Shown: piece after piece, positions 51,603 through 64,000 of the stretch | How the letters are laid out: every line of letters starts with the position of its first letter | Numbering within the stretch: the first letter of the stretch is position 1 | Source: Pocillopora damicornis | Taxonomy: Eukaryota | DNA length: 64,000 nt | Assembly (NCBI RefSeq): GCF_003704095.1 | Contig: NW_020845280.1 | Span: 62,001-126,000 of the forward strand | Reading direction: 5' to 3' | The notes under the pieces: model-generated | The model's database searches: none | Told to the model about the DNA's origin: nothing | The model's input: the letters and a program-made list of their open reading frames with translations, nothing else | Made by a program: the position numbers and the translations under genes

Positions 51603-54600
51603 CTAAACATCTCCCACAATTTCTGGTCCCAGAACTTTCATGACAGTACCAACAAGATGCAAACTTCCTCCAACTAGAACCTGAACTCTTGAAGCCTTTG
51701 TAATAAAATCTGGTACTGGCAGATCCTCCTGGCAAAATTCCTCTATGAGAGGATCTTTCCCTCCCAGTAACCAACGAATAGCTTGAGAAACACAAGGAAA
51801 TATGGTTGAATATGGGCCATCATCAAGACCATTCTTGATCACATGGTGGCCATTTGTAATTTCTGTACAGTTCCCTGTTGGGTCTGCATGGGCTTGGAAT
51901 CCTGCACCTCTCAGAGCCATCCAGACACGTTGGTTTTCCACACACCATCGTAACTGGTTATCACGACTTACAGTAAAATTTGTCAGATCTGAGAAAGAAA
52001 AATTAGGAAAAAAAAAAAAAACATGCGACAGGGATCAATGCAAAGAATGCTTCAAATGACTTCAAAATATCAAAATAAAATTACTTGACATCATATACCT
52101 GAATCACTGCTTTTCAAATTCAGATTGATGTTATTGGGGCAGAAAATTGCATGATCAAAATCACATTTCTGAAAAATGAAAAACGTAGGACTCATGAACA
52201 CATGAAATCACCAAAGGGATTCTAAGTAATCAGCAGGCCCTGGTTGTTCAAAGATCGGATAATGCTATCCCCTAGATAAATCTCTATCCGGTGGATAACA
52301 TGATACGTCTTGTTATCACTTATCCATCAATAAGCACTCATTCAACTGCCACTAACATTTCCTCTTTCAAGATAATCATTCATGCTGCAAGTTTAGTGAA
52401 TCAAAACATTGTTAATTCTATTTCAATCAATAAAAATAGGAACGATTTAATAAAATACATACCATGACTGGTTTCAGAAGACCATGAGGATCACGCCCAC
52501 CAGTCAAGTTGAAAAGCAACACTCGTGCAACAGTCCCACTATAACACAAACACAAATGAAAGACAGGAAAATGTCACAGTGTGCCTTTTATCTTGATCCT
52601 AGACTCAGAAAGTTTACATCAATTTTACACTAAAATGTCTTGTCTTCTGATCTGTTCCTTCATCAGATTACTAGTTTAACTGCATGGGAAATCTCATTTG
52701 CATTTAATTTATTGCTCATTCTATACATCACCTTTCTTTTTCTTTTTCCTCATCAGCTCTCCTTTTAAACCACCTGGCACAGGCCTAAAACACCAGAATA
52801 TGAAAATCCTTTAAGTGTAAAATGAGCCAGACCTTTTTCATCGCCACTATTCTCTTTTTCCAACTAACTCACCACTACCCCCTCATGTTATTATCAGTTT
52901 TCTCTATCTGCTCTTAGTTACAGCAGATCACCCTAAATGCAAGTAATCAAAAGGCTGCAAATTTTAAACAAAGACATAAAATCTCTGAACATTACATCAC
53001 TTATGTGTGGTGCTTCTAGAGAATTTGTACAGTATGTAAAGGAGAGTGGATGTGGTCGTGAAGCTAAACTTTGAACCCACTCTATAAGTATGATCGCAAG
53101 TAAATCAAATACAAAAGACAATTTTGTTTGGTTGTTGAGACTAAATGAAGGGTAAGAAATGGAAGCAAGGACGTGTTCCTGTTTCAGGCATCCAAATACA
53201 ATTTTGAATATATATTTTAAGCACATAACATCTGTTCACACGGGAAAGCCTTGTCAGCTGGTGTTTTCCTCCTCATGCTATCAACTTATACCCTTATAAA
53301 GCTATGGACCTAACTTAGAACTGGTTTATATGTGGGGTGCTTTTCAATCGAGTGTTGTATAATCAAAACCAATGTGATCACATCAGCCAATTAGAATTAA
53401 GGGCAGTAAAGAAAAGAGGTCAAAGTAAAATCAACCAAACTGCCTAAAGCATGGGAAAATATTGGCAATCTAGTAATAATTGGTTTTAGTTTCACAACCG
53501 ATTGGTTGAAAGAGTGGTGTGAGTTTTCTTGATAAATTAAAGAGCAAAGTAAAGGAAAAACAAAGCAATCCAGTGACACTATTGATACAGTACTTGATTG
53601 AAAATTGTGTTATGATGACACCAGCCTTTACATGTTCTAGTTTGATTCTTAACTTTAAATCGCTATCAGACAGTGTATGTATTCCTGTACCTCCATACTT
53701 CTTGGTGTGTGAGCACCATCCAGATAAAAAGTAACTGCCGGCCTAACAATGACTTGGTTTCGTCCACACCATCTGGTATTTTTCAATCCTGGTACAATTA
53801 AAATAAGAAATGCAGTGATGCCTTGTTTTTCAAACCCCACATTGCCTGGACACTTGCCCAAGGCCCAAACTTTCCTGCCACATCTACTGTAAGATGAACC
53901 TGTATTCAAAGGATGTCTTTATTCAACAGGAGCAGATATAAAAGTTGATTAATAAGGGTTCCTAATACAGGACACCTGTCTTGTAACTGGAATAGAATTC
54001 TTCCTTACAATATCACCCCTGAATCAAACATTAAGGTCACAAGAATGATAGAAATGATCTCCAGCTGAAGAAGCTTTTGATTGTTACGCAATTTCTTATT
54101 GTCAGCACCATAGGAAATGTATCTTCTTAGATAACAAGCAAACCAAAGAATGTGCATAGTGACATTAGGGTTTATGGGTTAAAAAGACAGAGAAATAACA
54201 TCCTCTGGTAATCCAATTCATACTTAATTAAAATTACTTTTTTGACATTTGAGACATAAAAATTAATTGAAGTCAAAAACTGCTTGCTAATTGACAAAGC
54301 TTTAATTTGTTTAACATGTTAGGACAGAACCAGTTGCAGAGAGCACATAATTTAAACAGTAATAGGCCTGAGTCACAGAAAGTAAAGTCATTTTCAAATT
54401 GATATTTGACTAATAACTGAAATAGATGAACTGTTTTCTTACCACTTCTAAAAGTATTGGAGATTTCAAATGTTTGTGCAACAGGAACTTCAATTTTAGC
54501 TTTTTTGGTCAAGGGTTCACTTGACAACTTCTCTTCCCTGGGTGCTTCTTCTACACTTGTTTCGTTTTCCACTAGATGATAGAGAAGAAATGGAAACATT

Positions 54601-57600
54601 TATTTGACCTTTAAATACTGTTGAGAACTTTGCATTATTGGCAACTCTCAATGGTCCAGTAAACATAATCTGAGATATCTCTAGTTAAATCAGTGTGGGA
54701 AGTGATCCTAAGTTTGACAACACAAGGATTAAATATACTGAGGGCCTCAAGAAAACAATGCTTCATAGCACAACCAAGGCACTGAATTGGCCAAGAATAT
54801 AAAAGTGTCAGGTTTTTTGGTCAAAATTACATGAATAAAAGAGAGAAATACATGAGAAATCTACGTCACAATTAGTTTTTGTGTTTATGTTGCAATTCAT
54901 AACTAGTTGAGGGACGCATGCAATTACTCAAAATCATTCACACAGAGCACAGCATCGAGTGAAAACCAAATGAAATGTAGTTCTGCATAAATTTCAAAAC
55001 CAATTCAAACTTTTCCTTAGCACAAAGGGTTGCCCTTTCTACTGTGCATTCTCACTTACCCTCAAGAGTATGTATTTCTTTAACAAAATATCTGAATGCT
55101 AATTATTCAAATAATCAATCAACTAAATGAAAATCAAACCTTCATGATTATCATCCTTTGTGTATCTTCTTGAAACCCATGTTTGACAAAGCTGTACGGC
55201 GAGGGATGCATTCAATAACTGGTGATCTCCTTCCAGACCAAGAACTTAAAAAGTACCCAAAAATGAAAAAAAGAAATGTGAGTGACATTATCTAATCAGA
55301 GCACATAAGAAGTATAAATATGAATTTAACATAAAGTTTTTTTTGCAGGTAAGTGGCAGCCATTACTGGTAATTCTCCTCTCTCAAAGAAACATGTAAAT
55401 TGTTCCCCTTCATTATTAGTTATTTTAAAAATTAAAATTACATTTTTCCCCAAAAAATATGAATAAGGATATGGAGTACATGTATGCAATCCTATTCCTA
55501 AACCCCTTCCCATTTATGTAATTTCCTGGGAATGGCCAGTCAGTAAATACCGACATTGTGTTTACAAACAAGCAGGCAATAACAGTGACTCTAGAAAAAT
55601 ATTGATTTATGGCAGGCAGTAAAGAGAATTAGTTCTAAGATCATGAAACTGAGGGTAAAGGGTAAAATAGATAGTGGGAATACCTGGCAAACCTCCTGGA
55701 TAGTCATCTAAGGGAGGAATGATGTGAAGAGGAGCCTGAAAATGTGATTACAATAAATATTATGACTGCAGAAAATTGTTCAGGTGTTAAAAAAAAATTT
55801 AGAAATTTGACTGGTACCTTTATTTCTTTTGCTCTATTAGCCACAACATCCAGGGCTGTTTCTGGCTGTGGGACAGTAAAAGCAGGAACTCCTGGCTGGA
55901 AAAACAATTGCAACAAGTGAAGACATGGCAAATTACAAGACTTGTAAAGTCATCTTAATATGTGATGTCAAGGAGCATGGCTACTGTTTCGTTTCTGGTT
56001 CACACAACATTTCCCTATGGAATTGCATGTGTTTGATTTTTTTTTTTTGGCACTTGCAGTTTGTAATTATTAGTAAGAAAACAATTCTTTAAGTACCCTT
56101 TTGAGCAATCATGATGAATGCGAATCTTGTGAAATTAAACAGTAATAGGAAGCTATAATGAATAACATGTACCTTAAATATCCCAGCCTTCTGCCAAGCA
56201 ATACTTTCTATAGTTCCACCCAATGTGCTTACATGGTCCATGCCAAGGGATGTCACTCCACAAGCAACAGGATTTCTGGATAGACATGTATTAATATCAA
56301 TATTATAGTTTGATATTTCCATCACAAATTACAAATTTAGCTGAATATAAAAACTAGTGTGTAAGGAATTTCAAGAGATTGGGGCATTAATTGTTATGTA
56401 ATTACACAGCAAACAACAGATGGAATACAAACAAATACCTGATAATGTTGGTAGAGTCATATGCACCTCCAATTCCAACCTCAAGAATTACCACATCAAC
56501 CTCAAAACAGGGCAAAATCATATTTAGTTTAATATATTTAGGTTAAAATTTGAATACTGAATATATAATCTTGGTAATTCATATAGTAACATAATGATAC
56601 AAGCTCAAATAATCACAATCCATTGCATTATTTTGAGCAGGCATAGAAAAGTTAATATAACAAAATTAGACTTAAATCATGTTTCTCTAAGTAAAATGTA
56701 ATTGTTTTTGCAACAGTTCAAAGTAAGGCAAACATATAAAACTAGACTTATTGGTATGTTATGTTTCAGTAAAAAAATTTAACCATTAGGGTTAAATTAG
56801 TAGGGTTAACTTTACATTCATGTTATACCTTTTCTTTCAGGAAGACATGAAACGACATCAAGGTCAAAAATCTGAAGTATGCTGGCATAGAGTTTTTCCC
56901 TTCTTCCTGAAACACAATAAAACTGCATTCATTAGAGCCAAGACATATTTTAATTCTTAAAAGACATATTATACATAGGCTGCAAGATAAATCAGAATCA
57001 CATTTCATTATCAAATCTACTGAGCATAGATTTACAGTAACATTATACTCTAGTATAGAAGTAAGAGGGGAAAAAAGACTTAAACCTTTAACTCCCATGA
57101 GTGACCAAGAGAGAATTTCTCCTTACCATATCTATACAATATCATGCAGACAAGTGATGAGAATAAAGAAACATATCCATTATACGAGTACTAATTGGAT
57201 CTTATACCAAATTCCCCAAACTAACATAATGAGAATCATTCTGCAGACAGTAAGGGGAATTGATAATGAGATCTTGGGAGTTAAAGGGTTAAGCTTACAA
57301 AGTGTCTAGTTACTTCTGGTACATTTGTAAGTTGTTAAACCCCCTCTCTCTATTTGATACTGCAATTCATCACTGAAAGTTTTATTGTATTTTGATGCAT
57401 CTTCATTTATTATCCAACCAATTCACTAGTATTTTGTAAGGTTCAGTTTACCAAAACATTTATCAGAAACCTTACACAGTGTTGAGACAGTATACCAATG
57501 TATTGCACTTTCTAAACTCTTCACCCCTTAGCTTATGTATTTTCTGACATGCAAGAAGCATTAAATAACATGTACTTAATTACCTTGGTACTTACATCAC

Positions 57601-59329
57601 CATTATTTAATAGGTTATCCCAACAATCAAAGAAATATTTTGCAAACGTCTCCTTAGGTAATGGTTTCCCATTGATTCTGATTCTCTCTCTGACCTCCAT
57701 CAAATGTGGTGAGCTGGGTGACACAAGTTTGCATGGTTAAACTCTGTTACAAATAAAATTCTATTGTAAACTACACTACTAGTAGTGAGTGTTTCATCCT
57801 GATCTTTGCACCATGAAGCTACACTGTAGCAGGGGTATAAATACCTCAAAACAAAGCAAACAAAACAAACAAACTTTACTAGCAGGTAAAACCTGACCAA
57901 AGACAACTATTAAGTCCTACTTGAGTCTTAAAGCTGATGATATCACAACAAAAGCTCCTGATTAATTTTCCTTGATCAGACCTGTAGTGCACCTATAGTG
58001 AATTTACTGCTAGTTCTTGGTCCTTGTAAATTCTCCTTTGTTTGTTCAACACAAGATTTTACATCTGTATTCATTTTACCTATAGAATCCAGTTTTCAGG
58101 CCTTCATGACGTAGAATACTTTCACAAAATGCACAAGTTGAGCCCTTCAAAGAAATACAGGGAAAACCTTAAAGTTGTTTCTAAAATAGGCAAATGATTT
58201 TTCTTCAATCAACCTAAAATTCGAGCTTGAAAATCTAAAAGGGAATTCTCTTTGGGTCACTCCTGAGAGTCGGAGGGTTCATAAATAATCAACCACTGAA
58301 CATTGACAGTTCAACTAATATGTACTACATCATTCTTTGTGTAAGTAAAAAAAACAGGAACCTGCAGATATGAAATTAGGACTGCAACCAAACATTGAAA
58401 GCAAGGAAATTCTGAAATATGGAGTATTACTGTTAGTATAAATTTAAATAATTGAATCATGGGAGGTCTACCTGATTGTACACTTCAACAGAACTTAGGA
58501 ATGTGTGATTTAAGCTAATCTAGGTTTAAAAGATACCAGATGGCTAGATGAATTACTTCAGAATAAAAAATAATCAATGATAGTGTACCTTTCCTTTTGT
58601 GCCGCTAATGTGAATAATAGACAGCTTATCTAGATCCTCCATCTATGAACAAAGAACCATTTTCTTATTAAAAATTCAAGGGGGTATTAGCCACCATATC
58701 TTATTCTTTGCAAATAGTATCTCTGTGTGATTAAAACATTTCTGAACTTCCATTTGTAAGCCAAAATTTAATGCTACCCTTCATCCAAATGGAGCCACAA
58801 CGTCCAGTTAAATTAAGAAGAAACAACTATATACAATAAAGTTGTCACCAATAAAATGCAAAGTGCAATAATTAAAAAAAAACCCCAAAAGGCAAAATAG
58901 AAGTTAGTTAATAAAAGAATTACACTCTTGTGAACTTAATAGTTCAAAAACACATGATTAAAAAACTGTTTCAAGTTGATTTCAATTGATATATGCACCT
59001 TTCACTCTTTTGTCAAATCAGTGATGAATATTTAATCAGTGCTGCCTCTGTAAAAACTAAATTTGCCTCATTGACCTTCACTTGGCATTTGCTCATCTTT
59101 TTTTTTTTTGGCTTTGGTTTTGTTTCTTCTGAAAAATATTGGCAATTAATAATACAAAGTGCATTATTGAACCCAATCAAATCTGATGAATATATTCGAG
59201 AGGGTAATTTAGAGTTATCGACTGAGCTGATAATTTAAATTGGTCACTGTAAAGGGTTTAAAGGCTGACATTTCGAGTGTTAGCCCTTCATCAGAGTTTT
59301 ACAGTTAAATTACCCTGTTGTACTCTCCT

Positions 59330-59370
<41 letters not shown>

Positions 59371-60329
59371 AACTATAACTGAGACATCTGAGTTGTTCTG
59401 AATGGTTGTTTTCATGAATTTAATAACGCTCTCATTGCACAAATCTCATTAAATTAAACTGATTCTACTTTGTACAATCAATCGGAGAGACAGTATGTTG
59501 GATACTTGACAAGCTTCAGCGCGCAATAGCACAGTGCAGTGTTTCAAATCGCGCTCTCTAATGCTTTTCTACCAGACTTTAAATGACAACATTAAGGAAA
59601 GATTGTTAAGGAAAAGAATTAAAATTTTGTAATACATTTCACGTTTTTACCCATTTCACCCCATAAACACAGACATGGCCACACATCTCACCTTCAAATG
59701 ACGATCACTAATTTTGTTAACACATGATTACCCGCCAAAAATTCACATTTGTCACGAAAGTAAAATAACGTCACGTGAAATAACAACAACAATGGCAAGA
59801 ATTTCTAAAGTTACACACTGTATATGCTTCTGACACGTTCCCGAGCCTTGTAGGTGAAAAAGAATAACGAACAGATAACCTGTCGGTAGCTTAAAAAACA
59901 AACAAAGGATAGTGTAACCAGTAAAACTCACTTTAACCCCAGCTCGCTCAGTGAAGCTTCTCATCTCCGGTAAGTTATTCTGTGCCAGCCTTCCCCGTGT
60001 TTTGCGGATTTGCTCCAGGACTTGAGCATTCGTTTGAAGAGAGTTTAGTTTCTTCACAGCATCCTTCAAAGAAAGTCATTAGATCTCGTCAAAGATGCTT
60101 GGTAAAATTTACACGATGAATGCAAGTTCAAAACAGTAACCATGACCGCCCTTCAGCTTTGCATATCTGAGCAACGAAATTAAAGTCTCGGTTGCTTCTT
60201 AATCTTCGTAAAAGCAAAACAACCCCCAAACCAACTTACTTCATAAGTCCTTTGTTGCATGATTTCTGCTGATAGCTGTACCGCTGTGGTAAAGCGGCGA
60301 GAAACCATATATTTACAAATTGACACCAT
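51603..60329 (-). CDS. FPGS: Folylpolyglutamate synthase, multi-exon
   Basis: TYE/[126 protein letters not shown]. Confidence 0.95.
52236..52330. mobile_element. Partial PIF/Harbinger-type MITE
   Basis: GGCCCTGGTTGTTCAAAG...GGATAATGCTATCC...GATAAATCTCTATCCGGTGGATAA, same family as 6228 and 19830. Confidence 0.65.
57080..57292. mobile_element. Complete piggyBac-like MITE
   Basis: TTAA-ACCTTTAACTCCCA...TGGGAGTTAAAGGG-TTAA. Confidence 0.75.
59198..59372. mobile_element. Penelope-like repeat fragment with hammerhead-like core
   Basis: Minus strand CTGATGAAGGGCTAACACTCGAAATGTCAG; tail gcagcaccacagtttctttagaaacttacccc shared with 61330-61552. Confidence 0.55.
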
Positions 60330-60799
60330 CAAACTGTACCAGACAACTCGCTGACCCCTTTCACTTCACGTGTTCAATGCAACTGTTGCGCAAGACAGAC
60401 CGCAGAGACTGGAACTGGCATAAACCTTTCAGGTTTTTCAGTGTCGTCACACAGGGCTTTCCTTTTTGTGAGGAGAGAGACTATAGCTTTGTGGTTCCTG
60501 TTCAAAAATTTCTCATTTAACGTGAAGAGGAGTATTATCGAGCAATTTGTTAAAAAAAAGAATGTTCCCCTCCAGATCTTCTTCTTTGACATAAAAATGC
60601 CAGCCATGACAAAGATTATTGTCAAGAAAGCAGATAAGACTAATAAGCTCATGTGCAGTGTAAAAAACGCACCAGTGACGTCAAAAGTTATATCTTGAGC
60701 CAAATTGCTCTGTGGACCTTTTAGGTCGTAGGTCTTTTGGTCTTTTGGCCGATAGGTCTTAAGGTCTCTGGGTCTTCAGGTCTTCTGGCGGTCTCTTGG

Positions 60800-61230
60800 T
60801 CTCTACTCCCACAGTGCTTTTCACTACCCAGGGCCGGAAGCTAGGTTAAGATAACCCAGGGCTAGTGTGAAATCTGATTTCAAATCTGATAGCTTGAAAA
60901 CAAAAGTCAGTCGGATTCTTTTTGTCCAGAATATGATTATTTTATGCTCTATAAAGAGCACGGAAAACTATCCCAAAAAGGCACTTGAACAAAAGAATTA
61001 AGAAATCCAGATTAAAATTTAACCTTGGGTTAGCACTAATCAACCTTCAAACTGGGCCCTGGAGGAGTATAAATGGGTACCAATGAATTGTCAGGGAATC
61101 TTGATGAAATGTTGTGGGTAACCTTGCTATAGACTAGCATCCCATCCAGGGGAAGTAGCAATACTCCTAGTCGCTTCATGCTGATGAAACCGGAATAAGC
61201 TCTTGCTGGATGGGCCACTTGGCTTGCCCA
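60800..61230 (+). mobile_element. SINE fragment interrupted by a Harbinger-type MITE (~60829-61060)
   Basis: SINE core actcccacagtgc...taccca is split from ggagtataaatgggtacc...gactagcatcccatccagggg by a GGGCC...GGCCC-ended insert. Confidence 0.6.
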
Positions 61231-61329
61231 GGACGAAATCTTATACTTTCCGGATGGTTTGGTAGTAGCAGGTAAAGACTGACTTCATACATTCCCGCAC
61301 TACGTCAGACGCTTTCGTTCATTAACAGG

Positions 61330-61552
61330 TAATTTAGTGATGGCAACTGAGTTGAAAATGTAAATTGACCACCGTGAAGAGTTGAAGGCTGACGTTTCGC
61401 TAGCCCTTAGTCAATCGCTCTGACAAAGGGCTAACGCTCGAAACGTCAGCCTTCAAACTCTTTACGGTGGTCAATTAACGTTTTCAACTCAGTTGTTATC
61501 ACTAAATTATGTTATGCGCCGCAGCATCACAGTTTAGAAACTTACCCCTTTT
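61330..61552. mobile_element. Penelope-like long palindrome with degenerate hammerhead cores
   Basis: Arms 61330-61413 and 61421-61510 are reverse complements; CTGACAAAGGGCTAACGCTCGAAACGTCAG at 61420-61449. Confidence 0.6.
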
Positions 61553-62302
61553 ATGCTTTCGCTCATTACTTGGTGGTGTCGACTGACTCGGAGCTAATCC
61601 ATCTCCTTTCCGATGGTTTCGTCCCATTTACAAGAATCTCCGACGATTGTGATTGACCTCAAACCTTAAGTAATCTAAGATAGGAAGTAACCACCGGCAC
61701 AACAATAGCCCTCGGTGGAAGAACACCTTGAAATAATTGTTTTCAAGGGTGGATTAACAGCCTAAGAGGAGTATCCGAGACAAATGTCATTTTCTAGCAT
61801 AACGAGTGTGAGGGGACGCACCAAGATGTACTTGACCATAGAGAAGCAATTTTGACTCATGGATTTGGGACAAAATTCTTAAGTTTGGATCATCTGCTCT
61901 ATTCTCGAATGTTGTTAGGAGAAATTTGAAGTTGGTCGCTCTATGCATTTAAAGGGTTTTGTTTGTCTTCAACTTGTTACACAAGTCTTTCTCTCTTCAC
62001 CAATAAGTCCTTTAGGGTGTTACCCATGAATTAGATAATTGAACCAACAGATATAGCCACATTTCATATATATTCATTTATTCCATGATCAGTAAAAATA
62101 CACACATTGTTAAAAACAGAAAAAAAGCCTGTGCTTATGCACAAGTACTAACTGATAGATAAAATGTTTCAGAAAGAGACACCTTCCTGAAACCTCACGT
62201 TTTATGTAAAAAATGAATGGAAAGTTGAGCAGAATAATTTCCTTGGTACTTCTTATGCTATTAATTTACAAGATCCTGCACTTATGATTGACTTTCATCA
62301 AT

Positions 62303-63475
<1,173 letters not shown>

Positions 63476-64000
63476 CTGTAAAAGTTCATTTACACTAAGT
63501 CAATACTCCATAGAGAAACAACAGAAAACATGGACACAGCTGTTAAGTGGAAGGTCAAAGCTTTGATCAAAGATGACCCAAATGCAAATAGTATAAGCAT
63601 TTAAGTTGTCCACCACAAAAAGCCCAGATAAACTTCAAAACCAACATCAAAAAACAAACGTTCCAAAAATAACCACAACTTGTTAATTAGAAATCTCTGA
63701 TATTAACCATAAAGTGTAATGCTATAATATTGTTCAGTCTTTATTAAGAACTTCCCCATAAGAAGCCCTATTTTCCACACCAAAGCTTCTGCTTTGTTTT
63801 ATCTGAACTCTACTGATAATGCAAATCTGAAACCCTATTCTTGAAAAATATTCACAACACACTTTTGGGGAAACCAGTTTTGAGTGACAAAGTTTGATCT
63901 TGATTGAGTATTACTCAATTTCATGGTGTAATGCTAGTCTTGGAATCCAATGCTGACTTGGTTTCTTGTAATGATTTTTTTAATGATATCTTTCCAAAAT

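Noticed and set aside
60374-60703. 109-aa hydrophobic ORF upstream of FPGS
   Set aside because: Non-ATG start, not continuous with FPGS exon 1, no homology recognised; treated as promoter sequence.

Overview
Eukaryotic, AT-rich, intron-containing genomic DNA with 10-N and 100-N scaffold gaps. Gene content and repeat families point to a cnidarian, most likely a stony coral (inference). Conserved spliced genes: GEMIN4 (-, 3529-13669, about 12 exons), RPL7A (-) head-to-head with MED22 (+), a (6-4) photolyase (-) head-to-head with DCTN3 (+, last intron is U12-type), a DM+DMA-domain DMRT gene (+), FPGS (-) and the 3' end of DDX39/UAP56 (-). Between GEMIN4 and RPL7A (about 14-31.5 kb) lies a fast-turnover accessory block of secreted-protein genes. 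It holds an intact fibrinogen-like/USOMP5-type gene and its inverted pseudogene, a C-type lectin pseudogene, and an unannotated 4-exon secreted protein with an inverted partial copy. The two intact but unrelated secreted genes are divergently oriented and each carries two copies of the same ~100-150 bp upstream module. Mobile DNA includes an IS3EU-like element with a Tudor-knot fragment, a Harbinger transposase remnant and its MITEs, piggyBac-like MITEs, SINE and RTE fragments, and Penelope-type hammerhead-like palindromes. All gene names come from recognising translated sequence by eye; no database was searched. Some exon boundaries are approximate.
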